From NCBI GenBank assembly GCA_964458565.1, contig CAYWJO010000002.1, positions 137,008 to 190,324 of the forward strand: a stretch of 53,317 nucleotides of DNA, read 5' to 3'. This DNA is from an uncultured archaeon. Its GTDB lineage: Archaea; Asgardarchaeota; Thorarchaeia; Thorarchaeales; Thorarchaeaceae. Each line of letters opens with the position of its first letter. Position 1 is the first letter of the stretch. Positions 35,594-45,556 of the stretch are shown here, piece by piece. The notes below the pieces were generated by a model. That model was given only the letters and a program-made list of their open reading frames with translations, did no database searches and was not told the DNA's origin. The translations under genes were made by a program, and so were the position numbers.

Positions 35594-35803
35594 GGACTGT
35601 GTATAACACACTATGGCGGGTGCGTGGGCTAATTTTCGTTACATGCCCTCAATTACGAAACTCCCCCCTCCTACCACGATTTCCCGCGTACCCGCCACCT
35701 TCTTCTTATTCAAAATCATCGTCAAGATTATCTGTCCTAATCTAATGACCGTTAACTTGATTCTGTTTCAAATGTACACTTTCTCTGTTTATTTAGTATA
35801 GTC
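35594..35803 (+). ncRNA. Putative structured ncRNA, family unknown (core 35614-35697)
   Basis: 15-bp helix TGGCGGGTGCGTGGG/CCCGCGTACCCGCCA with two G-U pairs that work only on the + strand; inner TTTCGT/ACGAAA; second hairpin 35714-35762; possible closing helix GACTGTGT/GTATAGTC. Confidence 0.6.
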
Positions 35804-35806
35804 GGA

Positions 35807-36454
35807 TCATGTCTTTTGCATCACTAGGTAAATAGAACTCGTATTTTGCCTTTTGAATTCATCAATTTCTCTCTTTATTGGTCTAGTGATTTGCATATCT
35901 AGCTCGGATTCTCTTTCTTCAATAAATTTCTGCAGCGGTTCGTAGTACTCCTTCCACCAAATATCACTAGATATCTCAAATGAACTAAGAAGGGTATAAT
36001 CATATTTTAAGATCAGTTTCAATTTCCTATCGAGATTATCCATCTGATCATGAATAACAAGGAATCCGCTATCCTTGATATGCTCTCTCCAATCCCTTAT
36101 GCTATTCTCAAATCCAAGGACAAAAACTGAACCTTCCGCCCAGATAATATCAAATACCTTCCCACCAAAATCCATGTCACGAATCGACATAACAATTGGG
36201 CTAATTCTGTCCCTAAATCCTACCTGAATGCATTTTTTGCGAAGCCTACTGATAAGATCTTGATTATTGTCAATCGCTGTAATATGCCCATCGCTCAATC
36301 TGCATAACTCTAGAGTTGGTACTCCAGAACCGCACCCAACATCCAGAATTGATGGATTCTCTAATTTTGGGAGCATATGAAATGCAATTCGTGTGTATTT
36401 GAGTAATTTCGATCTGAATTGATCTCGATCGATACTAGTCTGCATTGATTTCAC
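35807..36454 (-). CDS. Class I SAM-dependent methyltransferase
   Basis: ILDVGCGSG..TL.L, AID, FDIIWAEGS, WW.EYY.PL. Confidence 0.9.
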   Translation of the reverse strand: MKSMQTSIDRDQFRSKLLKYTRIAFHMLPKLENPSILDVGCGSGVPTLELCRLSDGHITAIDNNQDLISRLRKKCIQVGFRDRISPIVMSIRDMDFGGKVFDIIWAEGSVFVLGFENSIRDWREHIKDSGFLVIHDQMDNLDRKLKLILKYDYTLLSSFEISSDIWWKEYYEPLQKFIEERESELDMQITRPIKREIDEFKRQNTSSIYLVMQKT

Positions 36455-36641
36455 ATCTATCTTAATAAATCACATTCGGCTATTTCTTTTCCGAACCGCG
36501 AAATATTCTCCAAATATGCTTTGAACAATCCTATTTTACATTGTCCATCAAGAATTATTCTGATGGTTCTCCCTTTCTTTAATCCCTATGCTATCTTTAA
36601 TTAGGTATCTAGAGTTATTTCGTTTCAGGGTACGAACAATA

Positions 36642-37556
36642 ATGAAGTCACGTCGAAATCTTAAGGTTCTGCAAGTTGATGCTTTTACAACCACTCCTTT
36701 TGGTGGAAACCCCGCAGCTGTAGTAATGGATGCAGATAATCTAAGTGAAGATACAATGTCCAAAATTGCTCGAGAGATGAATGTTCGAGAGACTGTCTTT
36801 GTTTCTCGTTCATCACATGCTGATTACCATTTTAAATTCATGACACCAGAAGGTCCCCTTGGATTCTCCGGTCATCCTACTATAGCAGCTTTTCATGCAC
36901 TTGTCGAGGAAGGAATGGTAGAGTTAGTTAATGATGTCACAATGTTTAGCCTCGAAACATCAACAGGGATACTCCAGGTCGAGATAGTAAAGGATGTTAC
37001 TTCTAACATGCATGAAGTTCAAGTCACACATAAAAAACCTAAATTCCTTACCACTTATGACCCATTGGAAATCGCGGAAGCCTTGGGTCTCTCATTAGCT
37101 GATATCATGGCTGGACTCCCTGTACAAACTGTGAGTACTGGAACTCCGGTTCTTGTTGTGCCTGTTAATTCTATGAAGTCTCTTGAGAGAATCAAGATTA
37201 ACGTGGAAGCACTATCTCAACTCTGTAAAGATGGCGATTATGTTTCGATTCAGGTCTTTGCAAAAGATGTACTTGAAGTAACTTCTGATATCCATGCAAG
37301 ACACTTCGCCCCTGCACTTGGAGTGAATGAGGATCCCGTATCAGGGATTGGAGCAGCAGCAACGGCAAGTTATGTGATCCGATACGGTATAATGGACACG
37401 GACATCCCTGTAAGAACTGTGGTCATTGAACAAGGGCACTATGTCAAACGTCCTGGAAAGGTCATTGTAGAGGTCAAGGGTGATACTGATCATATAGACC
37501 AAGTCAAAGTAAGCGGAACTGGTGTTGTTGTTCTCAAAGGGCGCCTCTATTTCTGA
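36642..37556 (+). CDS. PhzF family (diaminopimelate-epimerase-like) protein
   Basis: QVDAFT..PFGGNPAAVV, IAREMN..ET.FV, FSGHPTIA, STG.P, RHFAP..GVNEDPVSG, IEQG; ATG 36642 preferred over 36588. Confidence 0.92.
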   Translation: MKSRRNLKVLQVDAFTTTPFGGNPAAVVMDADNLSEDTMSKIAREMNVRETVFVSRSSHADYHFKFMTPEGPLGFSGHPTIAAFHALVEEGMVELVNDVTMFSLETSTGILQVEIVKDVTSNMHEVQVTHKKPKFLTTYDPLEIAEALGLSLADIMAGLPVQTVSTGTPVLVVPVNSMKSLERIKINVEALSQLCKDGDYVSIQVFAKDVLEVTSDIHARHFAPALGVNEDPVSGIGAAATASYVIRYGIMDTDIPVRTVVIEQGHYVKRPGKVIVEVKGDTDHIDQVKVSGTGVVVLKGRLYF

Positions 37557-37567
37557 TGAATAGCAAC

Positions 37568-38227
37568 TCATCTTGTTGAGATTAATCTTAAACTCAACAG
37601 AACTATCTCCTCTCCCTTGGATTGAAGGAGATGCTCTATTTGGTCTTTCATATCGGGAATATTTGACTCTAAATAACGGATCAGATCATCTTTCGAGTCA
37701 CTCAGAGCTCGCCTCATCTCTTCAGCATGTCGCAACAATGACTTTTGTAAATCTTCATTCCACTCTGGTGCAATAGTTTCCTTCATTGATGTCATAATAT
37801 CATTTGCAACAGACCTAGATACTGAAACTAAACCCTCTCCTGATGTATCTTGTGTAGGAGTTGTTATGGTTTGTACGATATCTCTCAGTGTTTCATCCTC
37901 TGGTGTTTCCAAATATTCCTCATCCGGTTCAAGACTGATTACTAATTTCTTCCATACCCGTTTTCCTTGAAAATTAAGGGGTGCAATGAAACCCTTTGAA
38001 TACATTCTTAGTAGGTGTTTGTGAAACATCTCTTCTGTTATCAATGATGCAGGACCCGAAGAAATCAAGTACTTGTGAAACAGCACTTGTTCAAATTCTA
38101 TAATCGAATATCCGAATGCTTGTATGATGCCCTTTTCAACATCAATGTCCTCTCCTATGAGGTTCATATGGTCTGACATCTTGTCGTCCCTCTCTTTCCC
38201 GGCATTTACTATAGTAAAGCATGACAT
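37568..38227 (-). CDS. Hypothetical protein (true start possibly ATG at 38179)
   Basis: 219-aa ORF filling the gap; no recognised family. Confidence 0.7.
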   Translation of the reverse strand: MSCFTIVNAGKERDDKMSDHMNLIGEDIDVEKGIIQAFGYSIIEFEQVLFHKYLISSGPASLITEEMFHKHLLRMYSKGFIAPLNFQGKRVWKKLVISLEPDEEYLETPEDETLRDIVQTITTPTQDTSGEGLVSVSRSVANDIMTSMKETIAPEWNEDLQKSLLRHAEEMRRALSDSKDDLIRYLESNIPDMKDQIEHLLQSKGEEIVLLSLRLISTR

Positions 38228-38296
38228 ATGAAGCTATTCTGAGCGGAATCCAATTTCAAAAACCGAATAAGTTTTCCAAAAAATCGTAAAGGATGT

Positions 38297-38332
38297 AAAA
38301 GAAAAATAAAGGAAGGTAGATGATACCTTCCT
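38297..38332 (-). terminator. Hairpin plus T tract after the 38343..40310 gene
   Basis: AGGAAGGTA-5 nt-TACCTTCCT, followed on the minus strand by TTATTTTTCTTTT. Confidence 0.65.
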
Positions 38333-38342
38333 AATTTCAGCT

Positions 38343-40310
38343 CTACCTTCTTTTCATAATTATTACCACAACTAGAATGACTCCTATTACTGCGACAACT
38401 CCAATTATGAGCAATGTCATATCTTGTGGAGCTGGTTCTGTAGGTGTTGTAGTTGATTCAGTTGTCATCTCTGTGGTAGTTGAAGGATTACCCCATGTCA
38501 ATTCAATTGGAGTTCTGATTGCAGTATTATTCAGTGAATCGATAGCTTCGATGGTTAGACTTAATGTGCCTTCAGGTTGACCTGGAATTGATGCTGTATA
38601 AGCATCGCCTGTTCCTTCATCCAAAAAGATGATAGATATGACATCATCAATCCTGTATTTCACAGTGACATTATCCACAGTACTCGCATCAGTCACTATA
38701 ACACTAAGTGTCACATCCGTTTCCGAATCCGGATTGGAAGGAGTGAAGGTGATATCGCCAATTTTAGGTCCCATCTCATCCCAATCTGGTACCACATCTT
38801 CGCTATGATCACCAAGAGTCCACTTCAAGAAATTATCAAAGAGCTCAACATTATCAAACTGTGTCTTTCCATAATCAAAGTCACTGAAGAAAGTTGTACC
38901 TGCAACAAGTAATCTGAGATCACCAACTTCTTCAACTGCAACTAGAGGTATTTGATTCCCATTTTCTCCGTCGATTGAGTTGTCATAGACTACATCAATG
39001 GTGGGACTCGTCTGATCTGTCTGATAACCAGATTCATCTGCAAAAATAATCGGTAGTGCTGGACCTTCGTCAATGAAGTATAGACTTGTAGGTGAGTATA
39101 GGGTTAATGAAAGGACATACTCTGTAAGACCTACTGTATTCTCTGGAGCGGGGATATCAACGAGATCGTTATACCACGGTTGATATGTGCCCTCCATGTA
39201 GACGTTGTCATCATTAATCCGAATATTCGAGCCTATACTCTGAAGAACTTGGTTTGCAGTCGCGATATCTGTGATCTCGCTAAAATCACCTCGTCCTGTA
39301 ACAATCAATCCCTTTTCACCACTTGATGCCCACGTGGAAATAGCTGAAAGTTCAGCAGCTGAAAATGAATCAAGGCCACAAGTAATAATGAGTAATTCAA
39401 CATCGGTCAGGTCTTCTGTTGAAAAAGCATCCTCTTGTGTCAGCATCTCAAAGTGGTTCCGAGCCAATGTCTGATTAACAGAGGTAAGGCCACCATCAGA
39501 ATAATCATTCGAGTGTGCATAATCAAACAATGCCTTGTAATCATAGGTTATTGTTACATTTGGTGCATCAATTCCTATGGTCAGAGTGTAAAATAGTGAT
39601 AGAATGCTGTCTATTGCTAATGACAGGCAATTCTCTGTAGCCGTTCTAACAGATGCATTTGAAAGTGCGGTTGAAGTACCAGTTGGATATGCGTCAGCAA
39701 TAAGATCAAAGTATTGATGTGAATATACTGCATTACTTACGACCAAATCCGATACATTGGAGATGATTGTTTCACTTGGAGTAGATAAGGTAAAAGTGTT
39801 GAGTTCACTATTTATCTCCCCCTCATACGCTGAATGCCCTGGCCATGCCAATTCAGGAATTTCATCCTCGATGTCATCAGTATGAACAGGAATACAGGGG
39901 TCTGATGCATAGTGTGACATTACTCCAGCTGAAAAGAATCCAACTTCCCAGTAGTTCATAGCTTCTGGTCCCTCTGCAGCCGCCGCCGCAGTAAAGTTGT
40001 TTCTTGCATAGTTATACCATCTCGATGCTGCACTAGGTGCATTATGTTCTCCCGTTTCAGGATAGTATAGATGGTTATCCCAATCCTGCCACGCTTGATC
40101 TGGCGTTGTTGAACCCCCAAGGAGTTCTGGTGAATAATAGTTGAAGGCCTCAGCCCATGTTTCATTGCTTAGATGTTCTGTTGCCTTATCTACTATGAAC
40201 ATATGTGTAGCTAATCCCCATGCATCCACTTGTGTCGCCATTGGTAAGATGGCAGCAATCGGGAACATGGGAATGAGCAATAATAGACCGATTAAACTTC
40301 GACGCTTCAT
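38343..40310 (-). CDS. Surface protein: zinc-dependent phospholipase C / P1 nuclease-like domain, DUF4350/GATase-like domain, Ig-like domain, C-terminal TM
   Basis: Signal peptide then WG..TH (mature N-terminal Trp), PD...D..NH, SHYASD...PVHT, H..YE; FDYAHSND domain; Thr-rich linker; TM followed by KRR. Confidence 0.8.
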   Translation of the reverse strand: MKRRSLIGLLLLIPMFPIAAILPMATQVDAWGLATHMFIVDKATEHLSNETWAEAFNYYSPELLGGSTTPDQAWQDWDNHLYYPETGEHNAPSAASRWYNYARNNFTAAAAAEGPEAMNYWEVGFFSAGVMSHYASDPCIPVHTDDIEDEIPELAWPGHSAYEGEINSELNTFTLSTPSETIISNVSDLVVSNAVYSHQYFDLIADAYPTGTSTALSNASVRTATENCLSLAIDSILSLFYTLTIGIDAPNVTITYDYKALFDYAHSNDYSDGGLTSVNQTLARNHFEMLTQEDAFSTEDLTDVELLIITCGLDSFSAAELSAISTWASSGEKGLIVTGRGDFSEITDIATANQVLQSIGSNIRINDDNVYMEGTYQPWYNDLVDIPAPENTVGLTEYVLSLTLYSPTSLYFIDEGPALPIIFADESGYQTDQTSPTIDVVYDNSIDGENGNQIPLVAVEEVGDLRLLVAGTTFFSDFDYGKTQFDNVELFDNFLKWTLGDHSEDVVPDWDEMGPKIGDITFTPSNPDSETDVTLSVIVTDASTVDNVTVKYRIDDVISIIFLDEGTGDAYTASIPGQPEGTLSLTIEAIDSLNNTAIRTPIELTWGNPSTTTEMTTESTTTPTEPAPQDMTLLIIGVVAVIGVILVVVIIMKRR

Positions 40311-40354
40311 AATTTCTGTACTGATACATGGTTTCTATTAAGTAATGCGACGGA

Positions 40355-42727
40355 TTACCGCTTTCTAAATCTGACTACAATCAATCCTAGAATTGCAGCA
40401 GCAGCTACTCCACCGATTATTCCTATGGTTAGAATATCGATTGATCCTCCTAGAAGAACTGAATGATAATCAGTTTTGTACAGAATCCCTTCTTGATCTG
40501 TAGCTTCAATATAGAATGTGATATTCTTGCCTGGATCAAACGGTCCAATATTAACGAAATAACTCGAATACTGAGGTTCCATCTCAATCGATTGTAAACC
40601 TGTACCGTCATCATAGTATAGTGTCACTTCTGATAGAGAAATTACTGCATCTCTATTTGTTACAAATGTCACTGACAGTCCCGTGAAATCAGATGAAATA
40701 ACATAAGAGATGTTATCAATCAATAACCCTCGAGCTATCAGAAGAGGTGTGATTTCATCTGAATCATTGAAGTCTCTGAAAACTATCCAAAGTCTCTCAA
40801 ATCCTCTTGACGCTGTATGACCAACACTAGATATGGTTGATGAACTTTGAGATGATACAGAAACATCCTGATCATCTTGGTCTAAGCTTACGCCTGATGT
40901 AGTGTATATAGTAGTATTGACTGAGATGGGTTCTGAGTATGAGTTGGAGATTTCGATTGCAATATCAAAGTCAGTGTATGCTTTTACTGCATCTTCTATA
41001 CTTACATCAATTGATAATGATTGCACGATTTCAGATGTTGCTATATTAGCTAATCTAATAGCTCTTGATGGATTCATCCAATATGCTATTGCTGTTTCAG
41101 CATTTTCAAGATAGAGCTCTGCTATTCCCACATCCTCAGTTTCCATCAGCGTATCAATCGTATTGCGCGCTGTTTCGACTGCATCCTCTGCCTCCTCCTG
41201 AAGGTCCAACCATCTATTTATCCAGACATCCTGCCCATAGATTAAATCGTTTATTCTATCTAGGATTACAACTCGCTTATCTAACACAGCTTCTTTGATG
41301 TCCTCTCCGCTTATAGTACCATCAGGCCCTGTCGGATTCTTTACAAAGACAGCGTTTGTTACTCCACCAACGAAAGATACACTATGACCATCACTCGCGC
41401 CAAAATATGGATGGAGAAATCCATCTTCGCCATTTCCTATGAAGTATCCCTTATTATCCACTTCAAAGGCGTCATATCCCATTGTTTCAAAGGCACCATA
41501 GACATCTCCGTAATTATACGAACCTGATGGATGGCATAGAGTTGCAAGACCCCCTTGTGCATGGATCCCATCGACCATTGCCTGTTGATTAGACGTGATT
41601 ATGTTCTCTGTCAGCGGAAATCCAGTGGTATGCTCCCCTCGTGAGAGTTCGGCCCCTACAATGATTTGAATATCTAAACCATAGGTCCGAGTAATTGCTT
41701 GCATTGTTTGGGCTCCTGTGACCCCTCCTATCGTAATTGGATTTTCATATGAGTGGTCTGTCATAACCATGAAATCTAAACCTATCGCCATTCCCTTCTC
41801 TAGCATTTGATAGGGTGTGTTCTGACCGTCGCTATGAGTCGTATGATCATGATAAAGTCCAACAAACATCTCGTATTCTTCAACTTCGGTTTCATTCAGG
41901 CTGGGTCCTGGTCCACTACTGATGATGAATCTCTCAGGAATAACCACTGTTCGATGATCATTCTGTGTCAACCAATCAAATGTATTCAAAGCAAATTGAA
42001 AGTGGGACACCTCGTACTCAGCTGAGCGGCTACCATACATTAGAAATGGTGCTGGCGTACCAACACAGACAACTCTGCCAGAGTCATACTCTGAGGATGC
42101 AACAACAATATCTTCAGATGCAGATATCATCGCCTGAGCGGATCCTGTTAGTGTGAGAGATTCTCCTGCATACCCTTCAGATGATGTAGTAATTTTTGTG
42201 AGATCTGTTGTTAGAACATTCGCATTGAATTCAGTGATTTCTCCTGCAACTCTATCACCATTAAATTCTATTCCGAATTCCTCGGCTAATGGATTCAATT
42301 TTGCACCGTCCAATCCCCAGTTATTTCCTCCTTGCGCTCCAACTAGAAGCAATCCGCCTCCATTACTTACGAAGGTAAGTATTGCTGCCTCCTCACCACT
42401 GGTCAAGGCTTCCCTGGGATGAAAAATAACAAGAACATCAAAATCTGCAAGAATACCTGAATCTAGAGCAATATCAAAATTTGTCGACGAATTATAGCCA
42501 TTTTCTACTAACATCGCACTAAGCATTGATGCGTTGCCAGGTGCCTGTAGACTGCTTCCATTGTAACAATGACTTTCGTCGAATAATATATTCTTTGACT
42601 CAAATACTGAGATCTCATGATGTCCGTCTATACTTGTTCTCGCAGTAGAGGAAATAATGCTTGGGAACATCAAGAGAATTAAAAATGAAATTACTAATAA
42701 TCTCGACTTTGCAACCATATGAATCAC
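40355..42727 (-). CDS. Surface protein: DUF4350/GATase-like domain, PHP-family metallo-phosphoesterase, C-terminal TM
   Basis: ILFDESH, FV.NGGGLLL; HDHTTHSDG, MTDH, GAE, CHP, EV.N, ASDGH; TM followed by RFRKR. Confidence 0.82.
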   Translation of the reverse strand: MIHMVAKSRLLVISFLILLMFPSIISSTARTSIDGHHEISVFESKNILFDESHCYNGSSLQAPGNASMLSAMLVENGYNSSTNFDIALDSGILADFDVLVIFHPREALTSGEEAAILTFVSNGGGLLLVGAQGGNNWGLDGAKLNPLAEEFGIEFNGDRVAGEITEFNANVLTTDLTKITTSSEGYAGESLTLTGSAQAMISASEDIVVASSEYDSGRVVCVGTPAPFLMYGSRSAEYEVSHFQFALNTFDWLTQNDHRTVVIPERFIISSGPGPSLNETEVEEYEMFVGLYHDHTTHSDGQNTPYQMLEKGMAIGLDFMVMTDHSYENPITIGGVTGAQTMQAITRTYGLDIQIIVGAELSRGEHTTGFPLTENIITSNQQAMVDGIHAQGGLATLCHPSGSYNYGDVYGAFETMGYDAFEVDNKGYFIGNGEDGFLHPYFGASDGHSVSFVGGVTNAVFVKNPTGPDGTISGEDIKEAVLDKRVVILDRINDLIYGQDVWINRWLDLQEEAEDAVETARNTIDTLMETEDVGIAELYLENAETAIAYWMNPSRAIRLANIATSEIVQSLSIDVSIEDAVKAYTDFDIAIEISNSYSEPISVNTTIYTTSGVSLDQDDQDVSVSSQSSSTISSVGHTASRGFERLWIVFRDFNDSDEITPLLIARGLLIDNISYVISSDFTGLSVTFVTNRDAVISLSEVTLYYDDGTGLQSIEMEPQYSSYFVNIGPFDPGKNITFYIEATDQEGILYKTDYHSVLLGGSIDILTIGIIGGVAAAAILGLIVVRFRKR

Positions 42728-42787
42728 ACAATTAATTTTTCAATTCACATGGTGATAAATATTCCCTAGTATCTGTATTTCCTGAAT

Positions 42788-42828
42788 AAAAAAAGAGAGT
42801 TGAAGTAGGCGGTTATCCCGACTACTTC
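42788..42828 (-). terminator. Hairpin plus T tract after the 42839..43879 gene
   Basis: GAAGTAG-G-CGG-TTATC-CCG-A-CTACTTC, followed on the minus strand by AACTCTCTTTTTTT. Confidence 0.6.
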
Positions 42829-42838
42829 TATTTGCATA

Positions 42839-43879
42839 TTATTTCTTTCTCATGAAGATGATTGCCACAATGATGACTATCACGACTACACCAACTCCTC
42901 CGAGAAGGAGAATCATAGTCATGTCTGATGGAGGTGTTACACCTTCTAAGTTCATTCCCATGTCAATGACCTGGGTTACAAAGGACATACCCTGAAGTGT
43001 TACGCCGTAGTAATCGTCGGCGGTCATTGGTCGGTAGTCACCATATGGTGATGCACCCGATACAACCACCGCACCATAATACAGATTCGCTTCATAGGTG
43101 GCGCCTACAAATGCGCCAACGTCCTCATCATCATGTGCAAATGGTTCAACAAGATCTGCATCTGTTATTTGCGCAGACTCATTGAACATGAGAATTGGCC
43201 ATACGTCATCAATTTCTTCAGTTTCAAGTGCTACAGCGCCCTCACCATCTGCTCCGGTAGTACTACCGTAGAGACAAGTTGGACCGTGCATGAGAATTTT
43301 GGAGATACCTGTGACATTTGCAAAATGAGTGGCCACAGGCCTATATCCTGCTACGCAGTTTGAGATTGGATCTTCAACTGATGTTGGTTCTCCATAGACA
43401 TGTGATCCAATACCATCGAGAATCATTGTCATATTCTTGCGGATATAGTCCCATCCTGAATAATCAGAATCGTATCCGATCCACATGAATTTACTACCAG
43501 TCTTGAACCAATTGACAATTGCATCAACTTCTGCACTAGTGTAACCTGCATCAGTTCCATAAATGGAACCAGCAATGAATCCCTTAGCACCTTGAAGTAT
43601 TGAAGCATTGATTCCTCCTTTTGCCCATACTACTGTGTATCCCATATCAGTCAAGTTGCCATCTAGATATTCATCTATAAAGGCAACTGCGGAACTATCT
43701 TGTCCGTGTGAATAGTCAAAGACTATAGTGCCAGTGCCATCTGCGGCTACTGGTACAATAGGAATTGCAATGTATGATGCAAAGAGGGTGGCAATGATTA
43801 CGTAAGTTAAAGCCTTCCTCGCGTTCATGTTTGTCTTCACCAAATTTGGTGTCCTCCTTCTAATTACATTAGAAGACAA
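42839..43879 (-). CDS. Surface protein, stand-alone DUF4350/GATase-like domain with C-terminal TM (true start probably near 43828-43834)
   Basis: Signal peptide; IVFDYSHGQ, (Y/F)T.AE..AI..W...G.K, DSDY, IL..IGS motifs shared with the neighbouring gene; TM followed by MRKK. Confidence 0.78.
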   Translation of the reverse strand: MSSNVIRRRTPNLVKTNMNARKALTYVIIATLFASYIAIPIVPVAADGTGTIVFDYSHGQDSSAVAFIDEYLDGNLTDMGYTVVWAKGGINASILQGAKGFIAGSIYGTDAGYTSAEVDAIVNWFKTGSKFMWIGYDSDYSGWDYIRKNMTMILDGIGSHVYGEPTSVEDPISNCVAGYRPVATHFANVTGISKILMHGPTCLYGSTTGADGEGAVALETEEIDDVWPILMFNESAQITDADLVEPFAHDDEDVGAFVGATYEANLYYGAVVVSGASPYGDYRPMTADDYYGVTLQGMSFVTQVIDMGMNLEGVTPPSDMTMILLLGGVGVVVIVIIVAIIFMRKK

Positions 43880-44063
43880 GTGTTACTTCACAATCTCCTC
43901 CCTGTTAAAACTTTTGCTAAAACAAAAGTCGCACAAATCACCAAAAATGTATAGGGTCTTTATAAGGAATAATCTCTGCTAGTGCAAAAGCTTATCTACT
44001 GCGAGTTTTCTCTGATTTTCTCGTCAGCTATTTTAAATCTAATCTTGTGAAAAGGTGTAAGAG

Positions 44064-45536
44064 ATGAGCGAGTTTGAAACTGCTGGGTCATCGAAAACGA
44101 TGTTCATTGCGATAATTGTGATTATTGTAATCGTTGGCGGTGGAATTGCTGGATTCATGCTTTTGAATCCGGGAACTCCTACGACAACCAATACTAATAC
44201 TACATCAACAACCACTACTGAGCCAGAGGGTACAACAATAACAGTCTTGACTCGACATGATGTGTCGATTCGAGCTGTATATGAACCCGCATTTCTTGCG
44301 AGTGCTTTTGCCGTGGCAAATGGCATTACAGATGTGCAATGGAAAGCGCCTAGTGGTGAATTCTGGAATGATTTGATCAATGCTGGAGATGTTGATGTGT
44401 GCTGGGGCGGAGGTCCTACACTATTCGATCAGCTGATGAGGGATGATTTGTTAGCACCACTCGATAGTCCGTTAATGCAGGAAGTTGCTGATCGAGTTCT
44501 TGATGAGATTGGTGGTGCCGATATGAAACGAAACAACTCGGAAAATCAATTAATATGGATTGCTGCTGCAATTTCTACATTCGGATTCACAGTCAATCAT
44601 GCTTTCCTTGACGACAAGAGTCTTCCGACCCCCCATAAATGGACTGACCTTGCTAATGCAACCTACGGACAATATCTTACTGCTATTCCGACGATAGCTA
44701 TGGGTAATGCTCCAGGAACAACATCAAATACTAGAATCTATGAGATTATCTCTCAGGCTTTAGGTTGGGACGAGGGATGGATCAATATGGCTAGGATGGC
44801 TGGAAACTCCAAAATTGAAGCAGGATCCGTTGAAACGCAGGCTGCATCAGAGAATGGTGATGTTGGTATCTCAATGTCTATCGACTTCTATGGATATCTC
44901 ACACAATTCAGAAATCCTGATTGCGAGTATATTGTTCCCACAGGTCAATCTATTGTGAATGGTGATCCAATCGCAATAGCTGAAACTTCAACTAAAAAGA
45001 ACCTTGCTGAGGGTTTTGTTGATTTCATCTTATCACCATACGGTCAGTCACTCTGGCTTTCTGAAAGCATTCGCAGAATGCCAGTGATGGCGGAAGCGTT
45101 TTCAGAACCTCTTGGTCTTGCTGCTCCAGATCTCTATGCAGCGTACAATGCCACGCTCGAAAATGTTGGCATCGACTTCAATGATACGATATCGCTCCTA
45201 ACAAATATGGCATTAATCTCTTATTGGGAATCAGTATTCTTCACAGCTCATGATGAGCTAGTTGATTGCTGGTCTGCAATAGTTGATGCATACTATGATG
45301 GTGACATCAATGAGGAAGAGCTAAACGATTTCGCTGCGGATATGGGAACTCCGGTGTCAATTTTGGACCCGAAGACTTCTGTGCTGGAAAAGTTCACGTT
45401 AGACTATGCTACACGAATCAATAATGACATGATTTACGATGATTCCTATAAGGCACAAGTACAGTCATCTTGGGCAAATGCAGCAAAGTTGCAATATAAT
45501 AGCGTCCTTAGCGCACTTCTTGCGTATATTGCCTAA
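44064..45536 (+). CDS. ABC transporter substrate-binding protein (AfuA/FbpA-like), N-terminally anchored
   Basis: TM, Thr linker, LTRHD, DVCWGGG..LF, W.DL, G.VGI..SIDFYG, VNGDPIAI, A..F..F.LS..GQ. Confidence 0.88.
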   Translation: MSEFETAGSSKTMFIAIIVIIVIVGGGIAGFMLLNPGTPTTTNTNTTSTTTTEPEGTTITVLTRHDVSIRAVYEPAFLASAFAVANGITDVQWKAPSGEFWNDLINAGDVDVCWGGGPTLFDQLMRDDLLAPLDSPLMQEVADRVLDEIGGADMKRNNSENQLIWIAAAISTFGFTVNHAFLDDKSLPTPHKWTDLANATYGQYLTAIPTIAMGNAPGTTSNTRIYEIISQALGWDEGWINMARMAGNSKIEAGSVETQAASENGDVGISMSIDFYGYLTQFRNPDCEYIVPTGQSIVNGDPIAIAETSTKKNLAEGFVDFILSPYGQSLWLSESIRRMPVMAEAFSEPLGLAAPDLYAAYNATLENVGIDFNDTISLLTNMALISYWESVFFTAHDELVDCWSAIVDAYYDGDINEEELNDFAADMGTPVSILDPKTSVLEKFTLDYATRINNDMIYDDSYKAQVQSSWANAAKLQYNSVLSALLAYIA

Positions 45537-45556
45537 ATTCCGAGGAGGATCGATTC

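Noticed and set aside
35614-35700. Degenerate tRNA or tRNA-Sec (GGCGGG...CCCGCCACC ends, internal TCA)
   Set aside because: No T arm (GTTCRA), D arm or anticodon stem can be formed.
35613-35801. 62-aa ORF over the structured element
   Set aside because: No RBS or recognisable motif; the sequence is better explained by RNA pairing constraints.
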